Counted from the whole stretch's first letter, positions 1 to 14,300 are shown. The stretch is DNA of 57,841 bases, filler included, from Platydemus manokwari (GCA_037951405.1; 5 parts of 5 records of this genome joined end to end with filler, not necessarily neighbours in it), one strand, 5' to 3'. A program made the numbers and translations. Notes: generated by a model from the letters alone, not told the origin.

Positions 1-1187
1 GGCGTGGTCGCCAGTAAAAAGACAACTCGTTTCCATAAATATTTTATTATATTTCAAAATTACACCGTTTGTTTTTTATAATATTTAAACAAATCTCATT
101 TTTTATCTGACTGTGATATTTATGCTTTTGACACTTATTAAACGTCTTTTCTAATATATTTAATTATATTTGATTATTTATATTTTTGCACAAAAATTAT
201 AATATTTATTTATTATTGATCTAATATTTATTGAATTATCATTGTACGAAAATGATTATTTTAAAATATTTATTTATTATTTATAAAATTTGAATAAAGT
301 AAAAATAATTTATAAAAAGAAAAATAAATTATAAATATATAATAAATGAAATTGATTAAATTTAGTCATAATATTTAGAAAGGTTTAAACTATAAGATAA
401 AATTACGCAAACACAATATCAAAAATTAATAAACGGTACATTGTACCGAAAAATAATGCAAATTTTAGTGCTCAAAGTACTCAAAATTGGCCAGTATATA
501 AGTCGATGAAAAACGAAACTAAATAAAAAATTATCATAATCGAAATTGATATAAAAATTCGGCTTTGTGACATTTCAGAATTTTTAATTACCTTTTGCAC
601 AATCGATATTCAGCTTTATTTGTGAATTTGTAATTACTTTTGAAAGTTATTTACATCCAACGTTAAGTTAAAATAATTTTAATTGGTAATGAAATTTCTT
701 ATGTTTAATAAATCAAATTCAATAAAACGTCAAAAGATTCCGTCCCTTTTGGAACTACAATAATTTATTTTAAAATTCTATAAATTTGAAATTTTTAATC
801 ACACAATTAAGTTCTTACAGTCTCAAAAAGATCGCTACAATTATTATTTTGTAAAATTACGATTGATATAAATGGTACAATGTGAATGTAACTAATTTTG
901 CTAATCAATAAATTTTTTAAACAATAATTTGTGCTTGTGTTATTAAAGTAATTGGATTATATCACGTAAATCAATATAAATATTTATCAAGATCTCACAC
1001 TGTTGAGTTTAATAATAAACATTCAAATCATATAAACTGGACACTATTATATTATATTTGTAACGTTTTTTTTTAAAATGTAATGTCAAAATCAAATCTA
1101 ATAATAACAGTAAAAATGTTTTCATTTTCAGACAAATTGTTTTCAAGTGAAACACTTTGAAGGAAATCTGAGGTTTTCATTCGCAAA

Positions 1188-3188
1188 TTAAACAACAGTA
1201 ACTGAATCTCCAGCATGTATTTTTGGAGTCTGGGTTTTTTCACTGTTAGTTCTTTCAATTTTCTCAAATTGTCCTGAAATCAGTCTGTGCTTTTGCTTTA
1301 ACATGTTCTGCACTTCTTTGACATATGCTTGACGATTGTATGACGTATCAGATGCTAACTGACTTTTTTTTCTTGTTCGAGCCAAAGCATCTATAAAAGA
1401 TGTATCCTTTACTTCGGGGTTTTCATCTTTTTTATTTTGGTCTTCTTCCTTTCTAAGTTCAGTGGTGGCTAAATCAAGTGGATAAAAATTCATTGATTTA
1501 TTATGCCTCATTCTTTCTGGAATTTCGTGTAAAAAATTCTCAGATTCTCCTGGTTTTACTAAGGCATAATGCATTGCTAGGGACATTTTGTCGACAACTT
1601 TCATGAGACTATCATCATTTAATCGGTTATCCTTTTTTTGAAGAATTGGTCGTATGTAGCGATTATTAAATCGTATCAATTTTTCTCTGGTAACATTTTG
1701 ACCAAGATCACCAGAAATTCCTTCAATTCCGGATAATGTTGTGTCTATTACATAAATATTAGTGGTTTTGAACAAACTCAAATCTTCAACTTTGGAAATT
1801 TTTATTTTCAATAATTTTACCAATGGTTTCATTGTCAATCCATGCACTACGATAGTAATAAGCATAATAAATAATGTGGTACTTATTATTAATTCTCTGT
1901 TAAATTCTTGTTCTTTTTGTGTAGTACCATCTAATTTTGAAGAGTCAATCAAATCAGCAAGACAGTAAGCAACTGCACCTCTTAAACCACCATAAATAAT
2001 AATTATAAGTTCTGTAATAGGAATCTTTCTATCAGATAGATTCACGAAATTGTTTAAAAGACCTAATCCACTACAAACTATTCCTCGAGCCAAAAAACAA
2101 ACAAATGTTGCCCAAAGTATAAATCCGGTGTGCCAACCTCGTTCGATGTACACAAGACTTTCTCCTAAAAACAAAAATATAACCCCTTCACTCAAGTTAG
2201 CCCACATTTCTACAACATTTCGCAAAACTATTAAGGATTCTGGTGCAATATTATCAAAGGCATATTCAGCTTGAACAATTCCACATCCTATAATAGCAAT
2301 TATTCCTGACCATTTAATAGTGTTAGCCAAAATATAGCTTATGTATGCCATAAGAATCATTACTGCTACTTCAAATTTATTATCATAAATTCTTGTGAGC
2401 AGACAGCTAATTATTCCAAATATAATTCCAATTGCTAGGCCACCAAAACTTACTGTGAAGAATGATATAATACCAAGTCCTATCTGGAGGGAAGATATAG
2501 GTTCATTACCCAGAAAAGCTTTCATTATATCATAAAGGACCACCGTGACCGCATCATTTAATAACGATTCACCAAAGACAATAAAATATAATTCTTGATC
2601 CACCCCGATATCAGAAAATATTGCCAATACTGCCACAGGATCTACAGCAACTATCAGTGATGCGAAAAGTAAAATTGGTCTCATTGTTAAGAATAATGCA
2701 GGAGCACCGTAAGTCAAAATGCCTCCTTTCATGATACCATACATAATAAAACCAATAATCAAGAAATTAAAAATGGTTCCAAGTACAGCATACATAATGC
2801 AAATCCAAAATACCTTAAAAAATGATCTAGTAGTCATTTCATATGCTGAATTGAGAACGATTGGAGGCAAAAGGATTAAAAAGAAAAGACTTGAATTCAT
2901 GTTAATGGTCACCGAAGGTCCTACCCCAAATCTAAATATCAAACCGTAAATAGTTCCAACCATTAATAGAATGAATGATTCTGGCACAAATGAATTAATC
3001 CACTTCACTTTATCATGGACGAACTTCACAATCAATAAACATAGAACAAATATTGATACGATAAAAAAATATTTGACATCATGAAATTCCCAATCTGCTA
3101 CTCGAACTGTTGCTGAAAGAGTAGTACAAAATAAATTAAAAATTGTAATAATCCATAAAAATATTTCCTGAAATCTCCAAAATATCAT
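1188..3188 (-). CDS. Sodium/hydrogen exchanger (SLC9A/NHE, CPA1 family), intronless, 666 aa
   Basis: Uninterrupted ORF with many hydrophobic segments and NHE motifs VPES, FFLILLPPIVL, AVDPVAVLAIF, IVFGESLLNDAVTVVLY, YGGLRGAVAY and HGLTMKPLVKLL, followed by a hydrophilic C-terminal tail. The paralog cannot be assigned by eye. Confidence 0.96.
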   Translation of the reverse strand: MIFWRFQEIFLWIITIFNLFCTTLSATVRVADWEFHDVKYFFIVSIFVLCLLIVKFVHDKVKWINSFVPESFILLMVGTIYGLIFRFGVGPSVTINMNSSLFFLILLPPIVLNSAYEMTTRSFFKVFWICIMYAVLGTIFNFLIIGFIMYGIMKGGILTYGAPALFLTMRPILLFASLIVAVDPVAVLAIFSDIGVDQELYFIVFGESLLNDAVTVVLYDIMKAFLGNEPISSLQIGLGIISFFTVSFGGLAIGIIFGIISCLLTRIYDNKFEVAVMILMAYISYILANTIKWSGIIAIIGCGIVQAEYAFDNIAPESLIVLRNVVEMWANLSEGVIFLFLGESLVYIERGWHTGFILWATFVCFLARGIVCSGLGLLNNFVNLSDRKIPITELIIIIYGGLRGAVAYCLADLIDSSKLDGTTQKEQEFNRELIISTTLFIMLITIVVHGLTMKPLVKLLKIKISKVEDLSLFKTTNIYVIDTTLSGIEGISGDLGQNVTREKLIRFNNRYIRPILQKKDNRLNDDSLMKVVDKMSLAMHYALVKPGESENFLHEIPERMRHNKSMNFYPLDLATTELRKEEDQNKKDENPEVKDTSFIDALARTRKKSQLASDTSYNRQAYVKEVQNMLKQKHRLISGQFEKIERTNSEKTQTPKIHAGDSVTVV

Positions 3189-3974
3189 ATCTAAATTCTT
3201 TCGTGACTGCTTATTACAAGAAAAAATAATTATAGACTTTACTAACTTATGACCAACTAATTTAAATTGACAAATAGCATTTGGAAAAGCTTGTGCAGTT
3301 ATTTACTTGCGATTTTGTTTTATTTGCTCATACCTTTTATATCATTACTTTTATTTGAATAACATTAATTTAAAATGTCAATAATAAGCCATGCATTCGA
3401 ACCTTTGAAGTATCATATATATATTAAGTGAAGACTTGAATGATAAATTAGTAATCTATTCAAAACGTTATTATATTTTTGATTTTTAACAAATTTAATT
3501 AAGTTTAACACTTAAAAAGCTAATAAATCGTGCATTCTGTATTTCTGTTTTTCACCAGTAATTGTAATTATATAATTAACTATTAATATATGTACAATTT
3601 GAATAAATAATAAAAGGATTCTTAAAAATGATAAGCTTAAATTTATAAAAAAAACTTTGGGAATTCTTGATGAATTAAAATCAAAACAATAGTTTTGAAT
3701 CAACTACAGAAAAAATTTACACAAAGATCACCACAATTTTGAAACCTTAACACCATTGAGATAAAAGCGTATATTTAATTAAAATTGTAATTTAAATTTA
3801 GTTTTAAAGTAAAATAGTACCTGCAATTAACTTAGAAAGCAATTTATCGAAAACAGGATTTCGAAACAAAACATTTAAAATAAATTTCAACTTTTCTAAG
3901 GAATGAAAACATTTTGTTTAAAAACTGCAAATGCATTGTTTAACGTCACTTAGATATTTGAATTAACTTTGAAA

Positions 3975-4779
3975 ATGTTTTATTTGAATTGGATTTTATT
4001 AATTTTATCATTTCCTATTATTTTTACCAAGGAAAATACCAGTAATTTATTGCGTAGTTATGAATTTATTTAGTATTTCTATGTAAGGTACCACTTTGGA
4101 TGATTTTGTACCTAGTAAAGAATGGAAAATTGTTAAACCCAATCAAAAAATCCCTCCAGGACTACATGTACGTTCAAATTTTCAGACGGGAGTTACTGAG
4201 GCTAAACTTTTAGACAAACAAGACACTGAAGATACAGATTCTGGTATTGTTCATGAAAGTTAATTTTCGAAATAATGTATCCATTTTTAACGTAGGTATG
4301 ATTTTGCTAGATGACTCGAAGAATATTTCAGATACTGACATTTCTAAAAAGTATACACCAGAGCAATTGAAGATCATGTTGAAAAATGTTAAAGATGATA
4401 GTCTTAGTTCAAATATTAATACAGATACAATTGAGATAAATGGTACCAAATTCAGATCTTATCAACAATTAAAAGAAGAATTGGCTTCAATTCAAACGAA
4501 TTTCAAAACTGATTTAGAAATCATAAGAGAGTTGATGAATGAACTTCAAAGTAATGTTGACGACAGTAAGAAAGTGACTATTTTACAAGACCTTGAATAT
4601 TATTTGCATCAGGTTTTGAATTAAACTATTCATTTTTGATTTTCATTTTTTATTTAGATTGATAACGCACAAAATTTTGTTGATATGGGTGGCTTAGCAA
4701 TTCTTCATACTTACATAGATGGAGACGAATATCTTTTGAAATCAGAAGCATTTCGCTGTTTAGCTAGTGCATTGCAAGG
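3975..4779 (+). CDS. SIL1: Nucleotide exchange factor SIL1 (BiP co-chaperone), 5' part. Exons 3975-4041, 4088-4243, 4296-4612, 4658-4779; downstream exons not identified
   Basis: Manual splicing over three phase-compatible GT-AG introns (46, 52, 45 bp) gives a signal peptide MFYLNWILLILSFPIIFT, then FVPSKEWKIVKPNQKIPPGLHVRSNFQTGVTEAKL (SIL1 N-terminal signature), FRSYQQLKEEL, and LQDLEYYLHQIDNAQNFVDMGG...LASALQG. Confidence 0.9.
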
Positions 4780-5965
4780 GTAAATTGGATAATAGATTAA
4801 TCTAATATTGTCATTATAATTATGGGTTATGCCAAAATGAAATTAAAAAATCTAATTACAGTGGGTGCCCGGGACCCTGTGGTAAATAATGAATGTTAGT
4901 ATATGACCGTGTGTTCGAATCCACTAATGAGTGAATTCTTTTATAGCAGATTCAGAGTAGGAAGGTATACGACATCAGCTTATAGGAATTATTAACGATG
5001 CAATAAGTAAACCCGTTTAATAATATAAATTAATTTTGATTTTTATCAATCACCGTAGTCCACACCATGTTAGATTTTTTCTCATTTAAGTATCTCATTG
5101 ACATTAACAATTAATATTTACTTGGATAACTTTTGTATTTATGACAAATTATTTGAGATTAATAACATTCGGTTTGGTTCATTTATTAGATATTTGACTT
5201 TTCAATATTTTTATCTAAAGATTTATTAGTCCAAGTGAATAACAATATTATGAATCAAAATTGATTTATCGATTAATATGTTCTCAATATTATTGTATTA
5301 ATATAACTCACTTTGATTGGCTAATCCATCCGACGAATAGAAAAAGATCGTTTTGATTGCAGGTTAAAAATGATTTGAGATTATTCATAAAATGATAAAT
5401 TGTAAATTAATTGAATAACATTTTATCAATGAAGGTTGTTACAACTTATTCACTACTAAAGCAGTGATAAGTAAAATTTAATTAATTATTCTCATTGATT
5501 TATTATTTCACACAAATCCCTGTATTCCTGTAATTTTTTATTGTTTATTAAATATTTATTGTTAATGAGAGCATTTAATCGTTAACGGAATGATTGCCAT
5601 GGCAATTGAGATCAGTTTTTGATGACATTGTCACAGATTTTATCCTCTTTCCTTTATTATATATTCCTTTACAATAGACGAATTTCTCATCAAGTAAACA
5701 AATGAGATCAAATAATTATTTCATTAAATGCTTGTTAGAAGAATTTATTTTTGATTCTCATTAACTTTCAATGATGTATAAAATTTTCCTCATTTCAAAT
5801 CCAAGAATGAAAAAAATAACAGAATCTCTTAGAATATTGATTAATATATTGGAAAAGTATTTGTAAAGATTAAAGACCCCTACTTTATTTTTAATGCAAA
5901 TTGTTGTTGAAATTTTATCGTTAAATCTTCTTGAATTATTACTGACCTTCTTTCATTATCCATGT

Positions 5966-6070
5966 CAGGGGTGGCCAACCGGTCGATCTTGAAGCCAATT
6001 TTAGTCTATCACGTGAGATGTTATTCAAATGAAAAGTCGATCTTACGTACACAAAAGTTTGCCACCTCTG
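5966..6070 (+). mobile_element. hAT-type MITE, copy 1
   Basis: TIRs CAGGGGTGGCCAAC / GTTTGCCACCTCTG and a degenerate 8-bp TSD (atccatgt / gtctatgt). The body is nearly identical to the reverse complement of 55340-55462. Confidence 0.85.
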
Positions 6071-9000
6071 GTCTATGTTACCTCTGATTAGCCGATTAGT
6101 ATAGCTGGATGACTGTATAGGCCAGCAGGTGTGTTTACAGCATCAAAACATTGAGGAGCATGGTTAAAATTGTTGTGATTTCCAAACGAATTTTCCATAC
6201 TGAACACTTCCATAACTTTTAATTAAAATGATTTAAAAATTATTTGTAAAAATTTCATAGCCACTTCAATATTATCAATAAATAATTATAACATTCGAAG
6301 TGTTGTATTTTCATTGGATGTTGATAGTTTATTGGTTTGTATTTAAAATGAATATATTTCTAATAAAAATCTTTCATTAAATTAAAATCAATTCTTAAAT
6401 TTGTCTTCAGGGCATCACTTTTTTATTTAAAGGTAAAATCAAAATATAATTGATAATAAAAACTAATATTTATAAAGAATTATCATAGAAACTGATCACT
6501 GCCTCATTCTGGTGATTAGAGATTTTATTGAATAGAAGCCTTGAATATAATTCGAAAAGTAACGAAGCGAATAATTGAATACAGTCCATTTCAAGACACG
6601 ATATCAAAGATAATTTTCCTATAGATATAATTATTGGTTGCACTGTCGACAACTTGCAGATGTTGAATAAATCCACTTTACCAACTACTCCTATTAGACG
6701 GATTTATAGAATTTCGAAGACCGTGTTTACAGATGATGAGTTGGAACGAATTCGTACAGACGAAAATTTATATTAAAAAAAAACATTTAATTTTCTTGGA
6801 AATTTGTTGTTTTAATTAGCAATCTCGATTTTGCATTTATTAATTCGATAATATTTCAATGGCTATCGTGATACCGCTATAGTAACTTAATCTTTATCAC
6901 TGACAACTCTGCGATTGAAATTTATTATGGGATAATATTCACAATGATATTATTGATTGAAAAATATAAGGAATCTATGAGAACCAACATCAGCAATGCA
7001 GTGTGGGTATGCATGTGTATATCATAAACATCGTATTATCCGTACATAGGCAGTGAGCGAATTTTTTAGTCATCAGTGTCGGATGAATTGGTTTCCGTGG
7101 AGAGGATATTAGGAAACAGGCAGCCAAATGCTTCCTCGATTGCTGGTCATGTGAATATCGCCATATGTATATTGTTTGTGGAGATTTAATGTTATTACCG
7201 TTCAAATAATGGTTCTTGAGATAATCACTGACGAGATTTGTTTGTTTTGTTGGATTTTGAAATTATTTTTTTTCTTTTAATGTTTTTTCTGATATATTTT
7301 CATTAAAATATTCTCATAATGTCTCATATGAATGTAAAAATAGGAAAAGATATTTCCGATTTCATCAAACATACATATTCTAAGCCCACACTGTTTTAAA
7401 AACCAGATTCAAATCTGTTAAGCCACTATGTAAGCCGCTACTATTTTGAAAACCACACATTAAAGACGAACTGAAAAGTCAAGACACTGAATTGTGTATT
7501 GGACTTTAATAATATAAACAAATTAATATGATTTTATATAAATATTTAAAAATAAATATTTAAAAATTTAATTCAATATAAAATTCTCTCACATTTGCAG
7601 CAAAATAAGTATATTTAGATTGAAAAGCTCCAAATTGATAGAATATTGGTCGAATCAGATGCTTTATACAATAGATTTGTCAAACGAATAGAGAGTTTCG
7701 TAATATTTTTCATTTCAACAGCGTCACTAATCTAACAATGGATTCGGAACTCCAATCACTAGTTTTAGCCTTTATAATTGTGTCTGGGTAGCGAAACATG
7801 AGTTATTCAATGTAAATAAGAAAAATATTTGATTTTAGAATGGTCGTTATATTTTTTGAAAATAATTCGGAACAGAAAATTTCAATTGATGAATTAGAGC
7901 TTAGGAAATTAAAACAAATCTTCGGCCTTGACTCTTCTCTCATCGTCTACGTCAACCTGGCTTATAACTTACACAAGAGTGACAGATTAAATTCACTGCT
8001 TGGTTGGCTTCGGATAATTATACTTTAAATATTATTTAAACCTGAGATATTTATTAAAACAAATTCAATTTACCAATAAAATTTCCTCGGTTACTTCTGT
8101 GATTCTTTCGATAAAGATATTGCTGCATTTTAATCACTTACTAAACATACTACAAGAAAACCTATTTAATTTTTTAAAATTATAAAAATTTATCTAAAAC
8201 ATTGTTAGTTGCCAAAATTTCTTCGTTTTTAATTTTCAAATCAAAAGCCATCTTTACAGCAGAACAAAAAATCTATTCGTCAATACATCAATTTTCAAAT
8301 AAATTTTAAAATATTTAAAATTTATTTCCATCTGATTTGTCTTCTTTTTTTAAATTCAAATAAAAATGCCCACATTTTGATATTACATCTTAATTTTTTA
8401 TTTAAAATTATTTTTAGGAAATTTAATAATTCTAAAATTGAGAGGTTAACGATCATTTTTGAATCAGGATCATTTTATAAATATCAATATGGTATATTTA
8501 TTTTTAAAATCAATTTTTTATCTTTTAACTCAAATATTTATAATTTTAATCTTATCTAAATTTTAATTAGTTATCGTATTTTTAAATAAACCGCACAAAA
8601 ATGATGTATCGCTATCAATAATTGGCTTGTGAAAATGCTAACTGGTTTTCAATTCACTTGATAAATTTAATATGATTTTCTTTAATTTTTATCGTAAAAA
8701 TATTAAATGCTTGGATTCCAACATGATATTTAAACAGTTGGAAACAGAAAAAAAACCAAAATAAAAACAGGTTACATCGATGATCTTTAATACAGAATTC
8801 AAACCTGATTAAGAGTTCATCAAATTAATGTAATCATAATTACTTTACAGGGTCTCAATAACAATATCTCGCTTATTATTTAAAAACAATCGAAATACTT
8901 AAAGTTAATGTTTCATCTACTACAAAAAAATCAAATATATTTATCTGAAATATCGATCTTCCATAGATATAGATTTTAATTATTACTGCTTTCGTTCATT

Positions 9001-10976
9001 ATATACATATATCAGTTTCGTCATTCGAAATATCTGCTTTCTAGATATTTATAGTGCGCTAATTGGAGATCAGTTTTTTTTTATAAATATTTATGAAATA
9101 AATCTAAAGATGATAAAATGGAAACAATTGGATATTAATTTCAAAATAAACAGCTAAGAATGAATGGATTTACAAATTTTGAGTAAAACATTTAAAAATT
9201 GCATGTAACTTTTTTATCAGTCCAACCAATCAAATTCAGTGAATGTTGTCAAGACGATATCAAATGAATATTGGTTTTCAATGAAGAAAAGAACCATGTA
9301 CATGCCGCACTTTAATCTATGGGCATCTCGATTATCAATGTTTATAAATGTTTTAAATAAATACTTCGAATAACAATGTTGTAGTGGCGATATTGTGTGT
9401 GAACATTAACGTAATGAATCAGTAATCAAAGAGTTTTCTGCGAAACCTAGGACAGTATTGACCCCAATGACAAATTCATCCAAAAATGTTCAGTTCGAGA
9501 AATCCAATCAAATATGATTATATTACTTTCCAAAAATTCTTCATACTTTGACCACATAATTTTGATGCGACTCAAATTGTTTAGTTTAACGATTGATTTT
9601 TGATTTAATTTGATTTTTATTGAAAATGCGTTTAATTTGTTTAATGATAAAAAATTATTAATGCCAGTGAATAAAGAGATTTGAATATAAATAAAAATTA
9701 GAATAATAACAAATAAAATAATAATTAAAAAAGAAAAAGTTATAATTAGCAATTATAAAAATACCAATAAATAAGAATAATAAACATCGTTAATTACTAT
9801 AAAGTAAGAATCAGTCCACACGTCACCAACGAAAAAAAGATAGTATAAATAACGGTGGATTAGATCATGGAACACCCACACAAATTACAACAACAAAAAA
9901 TCACTAACAGGAAATAACTATTTAAAACCGCAAATTGATTCACTTTTCCCCGAAACAAGTGCACCAAAATCTCATTGGAATTGAGAAATAGAAACACAAT
10001 AAAAACAATCAGTTTATTGGTGCCAATTTAATGCAGATCACTCAGCTGATTATTTGAATCAGTAGAAATGTTATGGATTATTAACTTTGCACGGAAAAGT
10101 AAGATTAAACACTTTTTTCTACTTCAAATTTGATAATATAATAATCACATTAAAATTGATGCAATTTAATTACTAATTCAATATTAATTTAAATAATTTT
10201 TTCCTTCCGCTTTGGACTTCCAATATTCCACTTGCGTGGTGCAGTGAGGATTGTTGAAAGCCATTGTTTTCTTTTATAATTTCGAATTGTAATTTTCGAT
10301 TATTCTTAAAATATAATTCATAACACTTTGGTGTAGTTTTTCTTGAAATAGCAACAGATTATAAGTGTACATACATATTAAACATTTAACTACTAATTGT
10401 GATTTAGATTAATCTTAGGTTAATGTTTCATTATTTATTACTTTTTTTCAGTGAATGTTATCTAGTTTATATTCAGTTTAATCGCACTTACTGTTCAATT
10501 ATAAATTCCAAAATCAAAAAAAAACCTTTAGGTAATAAATTTCCAATGGTGTAGTTATCAATACTTATTATCAAAGTCTCTTAAGAACCAGTAAAACAAA
10601 ATAAACCTTATTATATTTAATATTTGCATATTTGTAGTAATTGATCAATTCGTGTTTTATTAGGGTGATAACAAGCCAACTTTAAATGTCCCTCCCATTG
10701 TGTTTCTAAAAGCTTTTAAATGTTTTCAAAGCTACATTAAACAGTAGAACTGCTTATAAAAGCATTATGAATATAAAAAATTAAACATTATTCTGTAACA
10801 GTGATTATATATATCAATAATTTTCAACCAGGGTTCCGTCAAACCCAGGACATTCATCTATTTGTTCTCAACTCGCTTTCAGTTAGACAAAATAACATGG
10901 CAGTTTCTCCGCGTTGACATCCGCTATACTTTTATTTCGGTTGCTTAATCTAAGTCAGTAGAAATATATATATATA

Positions 10977-11076
10977 NNNNNNNNNNNNNNNNNNNNNNNN
11001 NNNNNNNNNNNNNNNNNNNNTTAATTAATTAANNNNNNNNNNNNNNNNNNNNNNNNNNNNNNNNNNNNNNNNNNNN
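10977..11076. other. Assembly spacer (N44-TTAATTAATTAA-N44)
   Basis: Exactly 100 bp with a central palindromic six-frame stop linker; the same design occurs four times. Confidence 0.98.

Positions 11077-11147
<71 letters not shown>
11077..11147. repeat. (TTA)n microsatellite at contig edge
   Basis: Perfect trinucleotide run directly after the spacer. Confidence 0.95.
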
Positions 11148-11376
11148 GTAATTGTTTATCCTATTACTGTCATTATTATTAATACTATTCATTTTTAGCT
11201 ATCGCCATTGTTATCATTACAATTAAAATGGTTTATTTATTATTATTATCATTATTATTTCTCCTATAATTTATTTAAATAAGTTGTCCAGTGTATTTTA
11301 TAATTAAATTTTATTCCACTCATATCTATACGTATAATTAGTGATTCATAAATATCAATTTTAATTCTCTATTCAG

Positions 11377-14300
11377 GGATCCTCACCAGACAAGAAGTAC
11401 ATCATAACTCAAGGTAAATATCGATGTTATCTTTAAATTTAAAGGATTAAAATGATAAACAGAAACATAATTAATAATTCCCACGACTGAAAGAAGAATG
11501 TTAACATTTCCTAATTAGAAAAGCAGCAGCCATATCAAATACACGTGATTACTTACGCCCATTCTCCATCGACTGTGAAGATCATTTTTACTCTATTTTA
11601 GTTAATTAGCTAAGAAAAACTATCGATATGTTTGATAAAATCTGGTTTTAGCATATGAATGAAGATAATCCTTTAAATTTTTTCCCTACAACTGTTATTG
11701 GGTGTACACTAACAAGTTAATTTCCTGTAATTCAATAAACGATCGGCATGATTGATATACATATAAACGAAATTTCAGCACATCACAAAACGTAACAACA
11801 ATATCTTCATTAAATTTATGTTCTGAAAATATATCATCTTTTTAAATGAAATGTTGTTCGTAATGATAGAATTTTATCACAATTTGTTAATCGGTCAACT
11901 GGACCATAAAAACTATGGCTAAGAAATCGGTTTAACTTCATTCATTAAAATAATTGATCAACAAATGATTCAACATAAAAACAATCAAATCAATGTAACC
12001 CAATGAAATTATCTATTATATCGTTAACTTTGCTTGAATCAATATTTGAAACTGTCTTGCATTTGAGACATTGATTAAATTTTCAAATTGCCATATCATT
12101 GGATCGAACATTAAATGATTTGTGTTTTGTAGACAGTAGGAATCGTTCGGCAATTCGATATTTGTGTAGACCTCTTCCTTCAAGTAGTAAATTGATCAAT
12201 TGATTGTTGCATGAGTCATATATATGACGTATTTGTATTGCATGCCATTTAATGTTCATTTGTTTTTATATGTATGACTCATTCACTCTTTTTGATTAGC
12301 TACAAAATCACCGGTAGGACCATTTTGGAATGAAGATGAAGCTGAATTTACCCAACAGGATCGTTATGAACAACAAATCAGCGATTTGGTCAATGAAGTT
12401 GGTGCACTTCAAGAACAATTGAAAATTGAAAAACAGAGAGATAAAATTCGTGCCAGTCAAGAAGCTCTTCAATCTCAAGAAAAAATTGAAGAATTGAAAC
12501 AGGTTGATTTGTTCTATTGTAAATATCCATTGAACAAAAATATGCTCTTACTGAACTTACTCAATTCATGATTTACTATTTTTAATATGGTTGATTTATT
12601 TTGCATATCGATCAATGTTATGCGCATAAATTAATATAATTTATTTCTGTGAAGTTGTTTAATCTAAAGATCATCAAATAGAATGTTTAATTCTCTTAGA
12701 AATAAGCCAAAGACTTAAGATTATATTTGTATATAATACTTCGATTAAGGTTTTTTATCAAGATTTATAATGATTTCTTGTTGACTTGGACTATCATTTT
12801 GATATATTTAAGAATACCTTTATATAAGTTTTTTCCATGAAATTATGCCTTGTTGGCTTGAACGCTTTTGTCATTTACTGAAAACGTGTGATTGTGTTTC
12901 AGCTTTAGTTCGATATTTATTGGAGAATGTTAAATTTGAGTTTCGTTGATTTGTAATATATACGTTCTGTATTTATTGATGAATTAACGCTGTGGTGCTT
13001 TGAGTCAACCCTTAAATATTAGTTTGGTTGATATTTTAACGTTGGTAAATGCACATATGCTTTAATCTTTTTCAATTCCTTTAATTTTATAAATTGGAAC
13101 GTACTTTGCTCGAAGCATTTTCTTGATTCTTTTGCTACTGATATGGTTTACGATTGTAGTTTTGGATTGCATCTGACTAATTTAATAACAATTTCATTGT
13201 TGATTATAATATATCTGTTGATTGGTTGGTTTAAAATTTTGGTGTGGTAAATTGGTACTCAAATTTCTACCCATCATGTTTTTGATTTAACCAGTGGAGA
13301 GCTATTTCTACGGTAGACGCTTCTCATGGATACAACATTTGTTAGACGACTTATGAATCAGCACTGTTTCTTATTGTTGATCGCATTGAATGCTTGTACA
13401 GATGGTCATTGCTTTGAGTCGGTATCCACAATATTTAGTGACCTATACAGATATCGACTATAGAATTTTTACAAAATAAAAATAAATTTTAAAATAGACT
13501 TTTCAGTTCTCAGACGACAGCCTATTTGTAAAGTAATAGCATTTTAAATATTTTTATCATGTAACTTAATGAATAGGTTAGTTTTTGTTTTAATTATAAG
13601 TAAGTATTTTATGAATTATCATAAAAATAAGAAAAAACATGAAATGATGATGAGTTCAAGTAACGATATTTTTAACATAAATTCTATAAGGGAAATTAGT
13701 ATAAAACTATGGATTAATTATAAGCATAATTCTATCAAATGATATCCTGTGTCTTATAGAAAGACGTTAATTTATTCAATAAAAATTTAAAGGTTTCATT
13801 TTCAAATAAATAAAATATAAACCAAATAAAATGTTTTGACACCAGAAATAAGAAAATATTTCAATACATCACATGTATTATTATTTCGGTAAATTTTCTC
13901 AAAGAATTTTAGGCAATAAATTGTAAAGATTATAATATTGAAATCTGCACAACTACCTTTTTACGAGCCCAAAAGAATAATCTATAAAATGGAAATATTA
14001 CCATCACAGGATAAATAAATGAAAGCTAAATATAATAATTCTTGTACGATTTCTAAACATCGAAATCATTTTTAAGAATTGCTTTAACACCGAGTACCGA
14101 AAAGCCAAATTTGGATTTTATATGATCAATAATAGGTGATTTATGTGGAAGTAGCTCCCATGATTATATGAAAAAGAATATTCTTAAAGAAGCATTGTTT
14201 TTTGTTTATAATCTATAACACGCGGATTGCGTAACAGAAAATACGATCAAATTGTTATTTAGTATTTCAATTGAACTGTTTAATTAATTTATATAATTTG

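Noticed and set aside
1073-2949. Short ORFs overlapping the NHE gene (1073-1267, 1762-1968, 2050-2274, 2719-2949)
   Set aside because: They are antisense or alternate-frame shadows of a real CDS, with no motifs.
4247-4624. 125-aa ORF as a standalone gene
   Set aside because: It is SIL1 exon 3 plus intron read-through.
4859-4935. tRNA or tRNA-derived SINE (GTTCGAATCC B-box near 4914)
   Set aside because: No cloverleaf or convincing A-box could be fitted; at most a decayed SINE.
6570-6776. Open stretch ...ISKTVFTDDELERIRTDENLY* as a SIL1 last exon
   Set aside because: It does not resemble the SIL1 C-terminus and has no ER-retention-like ending; its origin is unclear.
8377-9752. Hydrophobic I/F/L/N-rich ORFs (8377-8559, 9447-9752; likewise 27988-28209 and 51553-51759)
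   Set aside because: Their composition is what random AT-rich DNA gives; they have non-ATG starts and no motifs.
11021-11032. Recurrent palindrome TTAATTAATTAA as a biological repeat or CRISPR-like unit
   Set aside because: It is always centred in N-runs, so it is a synthetic linker.
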